Numbered from the stretch's first letter, positions 28,905-38,891 are shown. The stretch: 64,000 nucleotides of DNA from an uncultured Candidatus Rokubacteria bacterium (GCA_963827505.1 CAWHBD010000001.1:1670663-1734662), one strand, 5' to 3'. The notes: generated by a model from the letters alone, not told the origin. Numbers and translations are program-made.

Positions 28905-29515
28905 GAAAACGGAGCGAAGTGGCCGTTGTTGCCGCCGGAGGTCTCGTCCCAGTCGATGCCGAAGGCGTGCATGTGGCTGTGCGAGGCCCGGGCCAGCGCC
29001 AGCTTGGTCGCGGCCGGGTGGCCGACGTTGTCGAGGTAGATCGGCTCGTCGGGCCGGGCCCCGGGGATACCCTCGATGGCCAGGTCGAGCAGCCCTGGAA
29101 TCACGACCGAGCGTCGCATTCCGCTGCCCTCGATCGTGATCGTGCGGGCCTCGGCGCCGCCGAAGCGCCCGATCAGCGGGGCCAGCGCAGCCATCGGTCC
29201 GCCGCTGCGGCCGCTGGCGATCGCCGTCAGCGCCTCGCGCTGGGCCGGCGAGGCCTGGACGTCCACGATCACGCCGACCGTCCAGTTCCCCTGGATCATC
29301 GGACCCGGCGTATGAAGCAGGACCGCGAAGGTCAGGCCGTCGAGCCGGGTGCCGTCGTACTCTCCGCGCTCTACACGAAACACGAGGCCGGCGTCGCAGT
29401 GCCCCTTCGTCGGCACCGCCGCCAGCCCCGAGGTGGGACAGGGACAGACGGAATCGCAGCTGCACGCCTCGAAGTACTCACCGCTGACCTGCCATCGGGC
29501 CGTTGCCGTTGCCAT
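28886..29515 (-). CDS. DUF1326 domain-containing protein
   Basis: ATG 29515 (MATATARWQVSGEYFEACSCDSVCPCP). It follows a DUF2182 gene, the usual pairing for this family. Confidence 0.75.
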   Translation of the reverse strand: MATATARWQVSGEYFEACSCDSVCPCPTSGLAAVPTKGHCDAGLVFRVERGEYDGTRLDGLTFAVLLHTPGPMIQGNWTVGVIVDVQASPAQREALTAIASGRSGGPMAALAPLIGRFGGAEARTITIEGSGMRRSVVIPGLLDLAIEGIPGARPDEPIYLDNVGHPAATKLALARASHSHMHAFGIDWDETSGGNNGHFAPFSWRSAN

Positions 29516-29540
29516 GGCCCCCTCCTGTTTGCTGCTCTTG

Positions 29541-30308
29541 TCACGGCGTCGGGGCGACGCCGCGCAGCGCCAGCGCCAGCCCTGGCCGGACCGCGACGGC
29601 CACGCCCAGCAGCACCAGCCCGACGCCGGTCGCCCGCGCGATCCATTCTCCACCCGTCAGCACCTTCTCCGCAGCCACCACGGCGGCGACGAGCAGGACC
29701 CAGGCGAGCCCCATCGCTCCCGCCCCCACCAGCACCAGCATGAGCGCCCAGCAGCAGCCCAGACAGTAGAGCGCGTGCGACCAGCCAAGCGCCAGGCTCC
29801 CTCGCCAGCCCTCACGCCAGTGCCCGAGCAGGAAGCCCAGAGGGCTGCGGCAGCGCCGCAGGCAGACGCGCTTGAGCGCCGAGAGCTGGAAAGCACCGGC
29901 CACGATCAGCATCACGGCGATGGCGTAGGCGCGCGCCGGCGCCGCGACGCCGCTCAGCGCCACGCTCACGAGGTACATCGGCACGCCCGTCGCCGCCCAC
30001 AGGGCCAGGTAGACCAGCGTGAACAGCCCCACCGGCGCCGCGCGGCGCTCGCCCCGCTGGGTGGCCGCATACAGCGCGATCATGGGCAGTGCGCTGGGCA
30101 GCATCATCGCGGCCATCATGATCGCCCATGCCGCCACGAACGCCAGCCCGTCAGCCAGCGTGGGCGTCAAGACCATGTCCATGCCGGCCATATCGTCCGT
30201 CAGCATCGTCCACAGCACGTGGGCCCACGCCACCGCCGTGATCAGCAGCAGCACTGCGTAGGTCGCGATCCCCAGGCGAGCGCGCCGCTCCGTCGAATCC
30301 GTCGCCAC
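29541..30308 (-). CDS. DUF2182 domain-containing integral membrane protein (putative metal-binding)
   Basis: Starts at GTG 30308. Has about 6 TM segments, with WAIMMAAMMLPSALP and a Cys-rich stretch (CLRRCRSP...YCLGCCWALM). Confidence 0.75.
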   Translation of the reverse strand: MATDSTERRARLGIATYAVLLLITAVAWAHVLWTMLTDDMAGMDMVLTPTLADGLAFVAAWAIMMAAMMLPSALPMIALYAATQRGERRAAPVGLFTLVYLALWAATGVPMYLVSVALSGVAAPARAYAIAVMLIVAGAFQLSALKRVCLRRCRSPLGFLLGHWREGWRGSLALGWSHALYCLGCCWALMLVLVGAGAMGLAWVLLVAAVVAAEKVLTGGEWIARATGVGLVLLGVAVAVRPGLALALRGVAPTP

Positions 30309-30309
30309 G

Positions 30310-31212
30310 CTAGCTCGCTTCCCGGCGCGCGCCGACGGTCGTGGGAATCGGACGCGGGGCACCGAGCAGGCCCGCCCGGCTCGCGGTGACGAGCAGCACA
30401 CCGGCCAGAGTGGCCACACCACCGGCGATCTCGGTAGCCGTGGGCCGGCCGCCGAAGAGGGTCGTCGACCACAGCCACGTCACGACCGGCGTGAGCGTGA
30501 GCACGATGGTCAGGAAGCTCATGTCCAGCCGCCGCAGCGCCAGGTAATAGACGCCGCGACTGAGCACGACGTTCACGGCCGCGGCCACCACCAGCCAGCC
30601 CCAGGCGACCGGCGAGGGCCACACCACCGCCCCCTGGGCCAGGGCCAGTCCCACCAGCACCGCCGCCACCGAGGCCACCCGGAAGAACATGAACTCGCCG
30701 AACGGGATCTCGCCGCCGAAGCGCTTCACGAGCGCCGAGTGCAGAGCATAGAGCGCGGTCGAGGAGACCACAATGATCGAGCCCCAGCGCAGGTAGTCGC
30801 CGGGCTGGAAGCTGATGAGTAGCACGCCGAGCACGGCGATCGCCGCGCCGATCACCTCGAGCCTCGCCAGCCGCTCACCCAGCCACGCCACGCCCAGCCC
30901 GACCCCGAACAGGATCGAGGTGCGCGACAGCAGTGAGGCCGTGCCGGGATCGACATACCGCACCGCCACGAAGCCCATGTTGGTGTTCACTCCCACCAGG
31001 AGCCCAATGGCCAGGAACAGCCAGCGGTGGCGCCACACGACCGCCCAGTCGAGCCGGCCCCGCATGAGTACGGCGATCTGCACCGCCCCGAGAACCATCA
31101 TGTACATCGCTCCCGCCGCCGGCGGGAGCAGTGGCAGCAACAGGCGCGCGAAGATGTAGTACAGGCTGTCGACGAGCACCAGCCCGGCGACGAGGACACG
31201 AGGATCGGTCAA
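30310..31212 (-). CDS. EamA/DMT family transporter
   Basis: TTG 31212 overlaps the upstream TGA (TTGA). About 300 aa with 10 predicted hydrophobic segments in two EamA-like halves. Confidence 0.78.
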   Translation of the reverse strand: MTDPRVLVAGLVLVDSLYYIFARLLLPLLPPAAGAMYMMVLGAVQIAVLMRGRLDWAVVWRHRWLFLAIGLLVGVNTNMGFVAVRYVDPGTASLLSRTSILFGVGLGVAWLGERLARLEVIGAAIAVLGVLLISFQPGDYLRWGSIIVVSSTALYALHSALVKRFGGEIPFGEFMFFRVASVAAVLVGLALAQGAVVWPSPVAWGWLVVAAAVNVVLSRGVYYLALRRLDMSFLTIVLTLTPVVTWLWSTTLFGGRPTATEIAGGVATLAGVLLVTASRAGLLGAPRPIPTTVGARREAS

Positions 31213-32000
31213 TCGCCCATCACGAGACCACCGTCGACCTTGATCGCCTGTCCGGTCATGTAGTCGGAGTCGGGTCCGGCCAGGAAGGCCACGACCCCGG
31301 CGACGTCCTCGGGCTGCTCGGGACGGCCGAGCGGGATGCCGGCGATGCGCTTCTTCCACGCCTCGCGCGGGGCCAGGCCGTGGAGGGCGGCCAGCTCGGT
31401 GTCGAGCTGCGCCCACATCGCGGTGTCGACGGCACCGGGGCACACGCAGTTGGACGTGATCCGGTCGCGGGCCAGCGCCTGGGCGGCCGACCGGGTCAGG
31501 CTGATCACGCCGGCCTTGGAGGCGGAGTACGGCGTGGTCAGGTGATTGCCGCCGCGGTAGCCGGCGATCGAGGCGGTCTGGATGAGCTTGCCGCGCAGCT
31601 CGGAGCCAGCCATTTGCGCCTGCGCCTGCATCCGCCGGGCGGCGGCCTGCAGCACGAAGAACACCGCCTTGAGGTTCACGGTCATCACGCGGTCCCACTC
31701 CGCCTCGTCGACGTCGAGCAGCGGCTGCACGCGAATGACGCCGGCGTTGTTGAAGAGCACGTCCAGCCGTCCGAAGCGCTGGTAGGGCTCCTCCACCATC
31801 CGCGCGACGTCGGCGGCGCGCGTGACGTCGGCCGCCACGGCGACGCCGCCCAGCTCGGCGGCGAGCTTCTCGACGCCCGCCTTGTCCAGATCGGCGAGGA
31901 CGAGCCGGGCGCCATCGGCGGCGAGGCGACGGGCGGTGGCAGCGCCGATGCCGCGCGCGGCACCGGTGATCAGGACGATGCGGCCGTCGAGCTGGGCCAT
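31209..32000 (-). CDS. SDR family oxidoreductase
   Basis: 263 aa with ITGAARGIG, NNAG and YSASK. Confidence 0.9.
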   Translation of the reverse strand: MAQLDGRIVLITGAARGIGAATARRLAADGARLVLADLDKAGVEKLAAELGGVAVAADVTRAADVARMVEEPYQRFGRLDVLFNNAGVIRVQPLLDVDEAEWDRVMTVNLKAVFFVLQAAARRMQAQAQMAGSELRGKLIQTASIAGYRGGNHLTTPYSASKAGVISLTRSAAQALARDRITSNCVCPGAVDTAMWAQLDTELAALHGLAPREAWKKRIAGIPLGRPEQPEDVAGVVAFLAGPDSDYMTGQAIKVDGGLVMGD

Positions 32001-32022
32001 GGGTCTCCTCCGCGCCGGCCGG

Positions 32023-32913
32023 TCAGCCGAGGCGCGCGCGCACGAATGTGCCGATGCCCTCGATGGCCCGCTCGGCCTCGGCCAGCATCGGCAGGAACCA
32101 GTGCCAGACGTGGATCATCGCCGGCCATTCCTCGAGGGCGACCTCGACGCCGGCCGCCCGAGCCCGGGCGCCGAGGCCGAGGGCGTCGTCGAGCAGGACC
32201 TCGTCACTGCCGACCTGGATCAGCAGCGGCGGCAGATCGCGCAGGTTCGCGTACAGCGGCGAGAGCAGCGGGCCCTTGGGGTCGCCGACACCCGCGTAGG
32301 CCTGGGCCATCATCGTGACGCTCTCGCGCGTGACGATCGGATCGACGGCAGCCTTGGTCGCATAGCTGGTACCGCTGCACAGCAGGTCGACCCAGGGCGA
32401 GATGCAGACGCCGCCGCCGGCCTGCGGCATCCCGCGGTCGCGCAGCGCCAGCAGGGTGGCGACGGTGAGCCCGCCGCCCGCCGAGTCGCCGGCCACGACG
32501 ACACGCTCCGGCGCGATGCCCCGGGCGAGGAGCCACTCGTAGGCCGCCACCGCGTCTTCCAGCGCAGCCGGGAACGGGTGCTCGGGGGCCAGCCGGTAGT
32601 CGATAAGCAGCGCCGCGGTGCCGGCCGCGCGGGCGATCGCCGCGGCCAGGTGGCGATGAGAGCGTGGCGAGCCGATCACGTAGCCGCCCCCGTGCAGGTA
32701 GAGGACGGCGGCGTCGGCTCGCACGCCGGGCGGGCGCAGCCACTCGGCCGGTCGCTCCGGCGCCTCCACCGCGTCGATGGTCACGTCGGCGGGGGTGGGG
32801 AACACTCGCTCGGCCCGGTCGTACTGGGCGCGCCGCTCGGCCACGGTGAGCGTGGCCGAGGGGGGCAGCGTGGCCAGGTGCGCGCGAACGACGTCGATGC
32901 CGCGAGCCGTCAT
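32023..32913 (-). CDS. Alpha/beta hydrolase (hormone-sensitive-lipase-type esterase)
   Basis: Starts at ATG 32913. Has the oxyanion motif LHGGGY and the nucleophile elbow GDSAGG. Confidence 0.88.
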   Translation of the reverse strand: MTARGIDVVRAHLATLPPSATLTVAERRAQYDRAERVFPTPADVTIDAVEAPERPAEWLRPPGVRADAAVLYLHGGGYVIGSPRSHRHLAAAIARAAGTAALLIDYRLAPEHPFPAALEDAVAAYEWLLARGIAPERVVVAGDSAGGGLTVATLLALRDRGMPQAGGGVCISPWVDLLCSGTSYATKAAVDPIVTRESVTMMAQAYAGVGDPKGPLLSPLYANLRDLPPLLIQVGSDEVLLDDALGLGARARAAGVEVALEEWPAMIHVWHWFLPMLAEAERAIEGIGTFVRARLG

Positions 32914-32918
32914 GGTCG

Positions 32919-33785
32919 TCAACTCCTCGGGGCGACCAGGAATCGCCAGGCCGGGCCGTGGCGCACGATTCGCCCCGCGGTCGGATGGTGAAAGTGCGTG
33001 CCGAGCACGGCCACGCCGCTGTCGGCGTAACGCTCGCAGAAGGCGCGCCGCGTCTTGCGTCCCTGCTCGACGTCGCTGTCGAAGTGACTCGCCCACTCGG
33101 GCTCGGCCACCTGCACCGGACAGTGCATGAGGTCGCCGGTGATGACGGCCTCGCCGTCGCCCGCCCGCAGGCGCACGCTGACGTGGCCCGGCGTGTGACC
33201 GGGTGTGGGCTCGAGCCAGATCTCGTCAGAGACGCGATGGTCCATGTCGACGAGGTCGGCCAGGCCGGCGTCGAGCACCGGCGTGACGCTGTCGGCCATG
33301 ATGCGCTGCGTGTCCTCCTCGCGCTCGGCCGACCAGTGCTCCCACTCTCGCCGTGCGAACAGGTGCCGGGCCCGCGGGAAGGTCGGCACCCAGCGTTCGT
33401 TCTCCAGCCGCGTGTTCCAGCCGACGTGATCCACGTGCAGGTGGGTGCAGATCACCACGTCGACCGACTCCGGTGCGACGCCCGCCGCGCGCAGGTCGTC
33501 GAGGAACGTGGTGCGCATCATGTGGAACGGCGCCCGCCCGCCGCGGTCCTTGTCGTTGCCCACGCAGGTGTCGACGAGCACGGTGAGGCCCGGGGCCTGC
33601 ACCACGAAGGTGTGGATCGACTGCAGGAAACGGCCCTTGTCGTCGAGGAAGTGGGGCGCCAGCCACTCGCGGTGGCGCTCGACGGCCTCCGGCGTCGCGT
33701 CGGGCAGGAGCCAGGTCGGCCGCGTCGGCCCCGCCCGCTCGACGACGGCGTTGACGCGGAGGCGACCGAGGCCGAGCGGGATCAT
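32919..33785 (-). CDS. MBL fold metallo-hydrolase (lactonase-like)
   Basis: 288 aa with the HxHxDH motif (THLHVDHVG). Confidence 0.85.
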   Translation of the reverse strand: MIPLGLGRLRVNAVVERAGPTRPTWLLPDATPEAVERHREWLAPHFLDDKGRFLQSIHTFVVQAPGLTVLVDTCVGNDKDRGGRAPFHMMRTTFLDDLRAAGVAPESVDVVICTHLHVDHVGWNTRLENERWVPTFPRARHLFARREWEHWSAEREEDTQRIMADSVTPVLDAGLADLVDMDHRVSDEIWLEPTPGHTPGHVSVRLRAGDGEAVITGDLMHCPVQVAEPEWASHFDSDVEQGRKTRRAFCERYADSGVAVLGTHFHHPTAGRIVRHGPAWRFLVAPRS

Positions 33786-34534
33786 ACCGCCAGGTAGCCG
33801 CCGTCGACGACCAGCTCGGTCCCGGTGATGTACGAGGCCTCATCCGAGGCCAGGAACAGCACCGCGTGGGCGACCTCCTCCACGCGGCCCTCCCGCTTCA
33901 TCGGCACCGCCTTGAGCATCTTCGCCCGCCACTCGGGATCGGCCGAGGTCTTGGACGTCCGCATGGGCGGCAGGAAGCCGGGGTGCACGGAGTTGACGCG
34001 GATGCCGGCCCCGGCGAACTGTACGGCCGCGGTCTTGGTCATGATCCGCACCGCGCCCTTGGAGGCGTTGTAGCCCATGTGCACGCCGCTCTGCCCCACG
34101 AAGCCGGAGATCGACGAGATGTTCACGATGGCGCCGCCGCCGGTCTTCTGCATGACCGGGATCGCCGTCTTCATGCCCAGGAAGACGCCCTTGGCGTTGA
34201 CGTTCATGAGGTTGTCCCAGGCCGAGGTGCTGAGCATGTCCTGGTCGAAGGTGCCGCTGATGCCGGCGTTGTTCACCAGGATGTCGAGCTTGCCGAAGGC
34301 CGCCACGGTCGCGTCGATCGCGGTCTTCCACTCGGTCTCGCTCGTGACGTCGAGCTTGACGAACTGCGCCTGGCCGCCGGCCCCGACGATCTTGTCGACG
34401 GTCTGCCGGCCCTCGACCTCGAGCCGATCCGCCACGACCACCCGCGCGCCCTCCCGCGCGAAGATCGTGGCCTCGCTCTGCCCCATGCCGCTGGCGCCCC
34501 CGGTGACGAGCGCGACCTTTCCCGTGAGTCTCAT
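33782..34534 (-). CDS. SDR family oxidoreductase
   Basis: Starts at ATG 34534. Has TGGASGMG, NNAG and YNASK. Its stop overlaps the MBL gene start. Confidence 0.9.
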   Translation of the reverse strand: MRLTGKVALVTGGASGMGQSEATIFAREGARVVVADRLEVEGRQTVDKIVGAGGQAQFVKLDVTSETEWKTAIDATVAAFGKLDILVNNAGISGTFDQDMLSTSAWDNLMNVNAKGVFLGMKTAIPVMQKTGGGAIVNISSISGFVGQSGVHMGYNASKGAVRIMTKTAAVQFAGAGIRVNSVHPGFLPPMRTSKTSADPEWRAKMLKAVPMKREGRVEEVAHAVLFLASDEASYITGTELVVDGGYLAV

Positions 34535-34634
34535 GGCGCCTCCTCGCGTGATCGTGTCCGCCACGTATAGCATTACCCGGCGGGTAATTGAAGGGCGTCG
34601 CGCCGTCGGCCAGGATGGCCGCAGGAGGTGCGAG

Positions 34635-35000
34635 ATGAGCGACGTCACCAGCACGGTCGACACGTATCTGGAGATGTGGAACGAGACCGACCCCGCCCGC
34701 CGGGCCCAGCACATCGCCCGGGCCTGGACCGACGATGGGCACTATGTGGATCCGCAGCTACAGGCCGAGGGGCACGCGGCGCTGGGCGAGATGGTGAGTG
34801 CCGTGCAGGCGAAATTTCCCCACCACCGCTTCCGGCGCGTGAGCGGCGTCGACGTCCATCACGACCAGCTTCGCTTCGCCTGGGAGCTCGCCGCCCCCAA
34901 CGGCACCATCCTGGTCGCCGGCCTCGACGTCGGCGTCATAGCCGACGACGGCCGCCTCCAGCGCATCACCGGCTTCTTCGGCGACCTCCCGGCAAAGTAA
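34635..35000 (+). CDS. NTF2 / SnoaL-like family protein
   Basis: ATG 34635 follows AGGAGG. 121 aa (VDTYLEMWNETDPARR...). Confidence 0.7.
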   Translation: MSDVTSTVDTYLEMWNETDPARRAQHIARAWTDDGHYVDPQLQAEGHAALGEMVSAVQAKFPHHRFRRVSGVDVHHDQLRFAWELAAPNGTILVAGLDVGVIADDGRLQRITGFFGDLPAK

Positions 35001-35286
35001 GCCGAGTAGCAAGAGGAGATCGTCAAACGGCGATTCCGACCATCCGATAGCCCACGGCGCCGGCTCGCGGAGCGGGCAGCGGGGCGTGGTGGGGCGAACG
35101 GGGTCTCCTGCGGTTCCGTTGGCTTCGATCGTGTAGGGCCACACGTAGGACAGGCTTCGGCCATGCCTTCGCGCACCGGCCAGTCTCTCGCGGAACCGCA
35201 GGGGACCCTGTTCGCCCCACCACGCCCCGCCGCCCGCCCCGCGAGCCGCAGCGCGCGCACGACCAGATGGGAAGAGAGGTTACGGC

Positions 35287-35316
35287 GAGGGCTCCGCCGA
35301 GCTGCACGGAGCCCTC
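35287..35316 (-). terminator. Hairpin downstream of the OmpA-like gene
   Basis: Perfect 10-bp stem GAGGGCTCCG / CGGAGCCCTC with a 10-nt loop, 19 nt after the stop at 35335. The downstream U-tract is weak. Confidence 0.4.
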
Positions 35317-35334
35317 AGCCGAAAGACGGGATGT

Positions 35335-36012
35335 CTAGGTCTGGGGAGCGAGCAGGCGCATCTCGACGCGCCGAGCCTTGGCGTACGTGTCCTTGTTCCC
35401 CTTCTCGCCCGCGGCCAGGGTAGCCTTGCCCATGCCCACAGCGTGGATGCGGCGCAGGTCGATGCCGTGGCGCTGCACCAGGTAGCGGGTGACAGCGTCG
35501 ACGCGGTCGCGGGTGAGCTGGTAGTTGTACTTGTCGGCCCCGCGCTGATCGGCGAAGCCCTGCAGCTCGAGGACTGCGTTGGGATCGGCCTTGAGAGCCT
35601 TGGCCACGTCCTCGAGGTCGATCATGCCCTCGTCACGGAGATCAGATTTGTTGAAGTCGAAGTAGACCAGCTTGGTCTCGACCATCGCGTACTTGTTGCG
35701 ATTGGCAAACCGCTGGTTGAACACCGACTCCGACTCACGCTGGGCGGCCGCGACCGTCGCTGCATCCTTCTTGGCATCGCTGGCGAGCGTACCCACCTCG
35801 GTGATTCGCCCGTCGAGACCCTGGATCTTCTGGCCGGCGGTCTCGACAGCCTGCGTCGTCTCCTTGAGTCGGGTCTCATTGGTGTCGACGCGCTGGCTGA
35901 TACGGGTCTCCGTGGAGCCGACCTGCTCCCGGACGAAGCCCTTGGTCGCGCAGGCCGAGGCAAGCACGGCCACGCCACCGCAGAGGACAATTGCAGCGAA
36001 CTGTCGGTTCAT
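35335..36012 (-). CDS. OmpA family lipoprotein (peptidoglycan-associated)
   Basis: Starts at ATG 36012. Has a lipobox (LASAC), a coiled-coil-like middle region, and an OmpA C-terminal domain (YFDFNKSDL...GFADQRG...RRVEM). Confidence 0.85.
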   Translation of the reverse strand: MNRQFAAIVLCGGVAVLASACATKGFVREQVGSTETRISQRVDTNETRLKETTQAVETAGQKIQGLDGRITEVGTLASDAKKDAATVAAAQRESESVFNQRFANRNKYAMVETKLVYFDFNKSDLRDEGMIDLEDVAKALKADPNAVLELQGFADQRGADKYNYQLTRDRVDAVTRYLVQRHGIDLRRIHAVGMGKATLAAGEKGNKDTYAKARRVEMRLLAPQT

Positions 36013-36085
36013 ATATGGCCCCTCCTGCAGATAGACTCGCACGGAGATCAAGTTCTGGCGCACAAATGAAGAACAGGAGGACCGC

Positions 36086-36580
36086 ATGAAGGCCCCCGTT
36101 ACCCTGATCATCGCGCTCGTCGCGCTGGCCGGCTGTGCCAGCACGTCCCTACCCTATCAGCCCGACCCCCAGCCGTCCGGGGCCAAGATCTCAGCGGGCT
36201 ACCAGCTGGCCGGCGATCGACTGCGGATCGAGGTCAACACCGATGGCCGCCAGCTCGAGGAGGCAAAGATCCTCAAGGCCAACGGGGCCGAGGTCCCCGC
36301 GATGGCGATCGACAACCCGCCCACGGTCGTCTCCCCCGGCTCCCCGGTCGGCGTCGGCATCGGCGTCGGGGGCGGCAGCTTCGGGGGCCGAAGCGGCGTA
36401 GGTGTCGGAACCGGCGTCAGTGTCGGCATCCCGGTCGGCGGTGGCTCGACATCAGTGGAGGGAAATACATTCGTCTGGTTTCCGCTCGACCAGGCCGGGC
36501 CCGCACCATGGCGTGTCTACGTCAAGCTCGTTGGCCTTTCGCCGACGGTCATCCTCGTCGGCGGTCCGACCTCTCGATAG
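36086..36580 (+). CDS. Lipoprotein with a glycine-zipper segment
   Basis: ATG follows AGGAGG. Has a lipobox (LAGC) and the stretch GVGIGVGGGSFGGRSGVGVGTGVSVGIPVGGG. It is divergent from the OmpA-like gene. Confidence 0.6.
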   Translation: MKAPVTLIIALVALAGCASTSLPYQPDPQPSGAKISAGYQLAGDRLRIEVNTDGRQLEEAKILKANGAEVPAMAIDNPPTVVSPGSPVGVGIGVGGGSFGGRSGVGVGTGVSVGIPVGGGSTSVEGNTFVWFPLDQAGPAPWRVYVKLVGLSPTVILVGGPTSR

Positions 36581-36611
36581 CGCTGGCGGACGGACCGATC
36601 CAGGAGCGGCG

Positions 36612-37460
36612 CTACATCGCCCGAGTCAGGGCGGCGCAGCGGTCCAGGACGGGGAGGACCTCGTCGGTCTTGGCCGCGGGGAGGTTGAAGACGAGGCGGG
36701 CGACGCCGGCATCGCGGTAGCGCTTCATCAGGTCGGCGTCCTCGGCCACGCCGAAGACGGTGACGGGAACCGAGGCCGGGGCGCGCCCGGCCTCGGCGGT
36801 CATGGCGTGAAACTGGGGCAGCAGCCCCAGGACGTCGCCGTAAGCCGGCCGGCGCGCATGCGGTACCCAGCCGTCACCGTACGCCAGCGCCCGGCGAGCC
36901 CCGTGGGGGAACGCGCCGCCGACGATCACAGGGGGATGCGGCTTCTGCACCGGCTTGGGCCACGTCATCATCGGGGGGAAGCGGACGAACTCGCCGCTGT
37001 ACTCGGGCTTCGACTTGGTCCAGATCGCCCGCATCGCCTCGACCCGCTCGCGCATGACCTTGAAGCGGGCCGTGAACTCGGTACCGTGATCGGCCATCTC
37101 TTCGGCATTCCATCCGGCTCCGATGCCGAACAGGAACCGCCCACCCGACACCTGGTCGAGGGTGGCCACGGCCTTGGCGGTCTGGATCGGGTCCCGCTGC
37201 ACGACCAGGCAAATGCCGGTAGCGACCTTCAGTCGGCTCGTGACAGCGGCGGCCGCCGCCAGTGTCACGAACGGATCCATCACGTCGTAGTACTTCTTGG
37301 GCAGATCACCGCCCTGGGGGAAGGGCGACCGGCGCGACAGCGGAATGTGGGAGTGCTCGGGCGCCCACAGCGACTCGAACCCCCGCTCCTCCAGCGCCCG
37401 GCCGAGCTCGCCCGGCCCCATCGAGTAGTCAGTGAAGAAGATCGCCGCGCCGACGTCCAT
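36612..37460 (-). CDS. LLM class F420-dependent oxidoreductase
   Basis: ATG 37460 (MDVGAAIFFTDYSMGPGELGRALEERGFESLWAPEHSHIP). Confidence 0.85.
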   Translation of the reverse strand: MDVGAAIFFTDYSMGPGELGRALEERGFESLWAPEHSHIPLSRRSPFPQGGDLPKKYYDVMDPFVTLAAAAAVTSRLKVATGICLVVQRDPIQTAKAVATLDQVSGGRFLFGIGAGWNAEEMADHGTEFTARFKVMRERVEAMRAIWTKSKPEYSGEFVRFPPMMTWPKPVQKPHPPVIVGGAFPHGARRALAYGDGWVPHARRPAYGDVLGLLPQFHAMTAEAGRAPASVPVTVFGVAEDADLMKRYRDAGVARLVFNLPAAKTDEVLPVLDRCAALTRAM

Positions 37461-37570
37461 GTCCGCCCCCTCTCGGGTCTGCGCCCGGCCGCCAGGATAC
37501 TCGCAGTGGTGTCGGGGATCGAGGGAGGCGTCGCGCGGGGGCCCCCTTGGGCGGCCCCCGCGCCGTTCTG

Positions 37571-38602
37571 CTACTGCGGGATCGCGACGCGCTCCAGCAG
37601 GGGCAGATCGTCCAGCAGCGCGCCGATGCCGAGCGCCACGCACGACAGCGGGTTCTCGGCGATCTTCACCGGCAGGTAGGTCTCCTTGCGGATGATGTCG
37701 TCGAGGCCGGCCAGCAGCGATCCGCCGCCGGTCAGCACGATGCCGTTGTCGACCATGTCGGCCGCGATCTCGGGTGGGATGCGCTCGAGGCAGACGCGCA
37801 CGGTCTCGACGATCGTGCCCACGCAGTCGTAGAGCGCCTCGCGCACCTCGTCCTCGTTGATCGTGATGGTCTTGGGCACGCGGGCGACGATGTCGCTGCC
37901 CTTGACCTCGACCGTGCGCGGCCCCTGGCCGGCCGCCCGCGCGGTGCCCAGGGCCAGCTTGAACTCCTCGACCCGGCGCTCACCGACCAGCAGGTTGTAG
38001 TGCTTACGGATGTACTGGGTGATTGCGTCGTTCATGTCGTCGCCGGCCGTGCGAGCCGACTGGCAGAACACGATTCCGGAGAGCGAGATGACGGCCACCT
38101 CGGTGGTCCCGCCGCCGATGTCGACCACCAGGTGCCCGCCCGGCTCCTGGATGGGCAGACCGGCACCGATGGCCGCGGCCATCGGCTCCTCGACCAGGTA
38201 GACCGCGTGGGCCCCGGCCTGCATGGCCGCCTCCCGCACCGCACGGCGCTCGACCTGGGTCGTGCAGGAGCTGACCCCGATCACGATGCGCGGTCGGAAA
38301 AGCCGACTGCGAGGCTGCACGCGCCCGATGAGCTCCTTCAGCAGCGTCTGGGCGACCTCGAAGTCCGCGATCACACCGTTGCGGAGGGGCCGGATCACCT
38401 CGATGTTGCCGGGCGTCCGGCCCAGCATCGCCTGCGCGGCCTGGCCGACGGCGATCACCGTGTGCCTGACCCGGTCCAGGGCCACGATGGACGGCTCGGA
38501 GACCACGATGCCCTGGCCGCGGACGAACAGGAGGGTGTTGGCGGTGCCGAGATCGATCCCGATGTCGCTCGAGAACATCCCGGAGGGCAGACGTAGCTTC
38601 AT
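37571..38602 (-). CDS. mreB: Rod shape-determining protein MreB (actin-like ATPase)
   Basis: Starts at ATG 38602. Contains DIGIDLGTANT, VVDIGGGTTEVAV and IVLTGGGSLL. Confidence 0.92.
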   Translation of the reverse strand: MKLRLPSGMFSSDIGIDLGTANTLLFVRGQGIVVSEPSIVALDRVRHTVIAVGQAAQAMLGRTPGNIEVIRPLRNGVIADFEVAQTLLKELIGRVQPRSRLFRPRIVIGVSSCTTQVERRAVREAAMQAGAHAVYLVEEPMAAAIGAGLPIQEPGGHLVVDIGGGTTEVAVISLSGIVFCQSARTAGDDMNDAITQYIRKHYNLLVGERRVEEFKLALGTARAAGQGPRTVEVKGSDIVARVPKTITINEDEVREALYDCVGTIVETVRVCLERIPPEIAADMVDNGIVLTGGGSLLAGLDDIIRKETYLPVKIAENPLSCVALGIGALLDDLPLLERVAIPQ

Positions 38603-38750
38603 GCGCGATTCCTCCCGGCCGATGGGGCCGGTCCAGGGGTTTGTCCACGGCCGCACGGTGACAGATTGGTGCCCGCGCGCGGAAAGCAAAGCACGAGCCG
38701 CGCCGTCGTGGTACGGAAAGGTCGCCGTTTTCTCACGCTAGGTATACGTG

Positions 38751-38772
38751 ACGTGTCGACGGGTCGACACGT
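38751..38772. promoter_or_regulatory. Perfect inverted repeat ACGTGTCGAC-GG-GTCGACACGT upstream of mreB
   Basis: 10-bp arms with a 2-bp spacer, in the lower-GC 289-bp gap between the phosphodiesterase stop (38892) and the mreB start (38602). Confidence 0.3.
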
Positions 38773-38891
38773 GAGGCGGACAGTGTCCAGCGGTTGGCGG
38801 GCTAGATCTACAAATTTCAGAGCAGTTCTCGGCACACGCCTGACCCAGACACTGCCGGTTGTGGGGAAACATTCCCGGGGCCCCAATTCGA

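Noticed and set aside
37571-38602. Possibility that the isolated actin-like gene is a plasmid ParM/AlfA-type segregation ATPase
   Set aside because: The sequence carries the full chromosomal MreB signature (DLGTANT, DIGGGTTEVAV, LTGGGSLL) and the typical length. There is no parR/parC-like partner, replication gene or mobilisation gene nearby.
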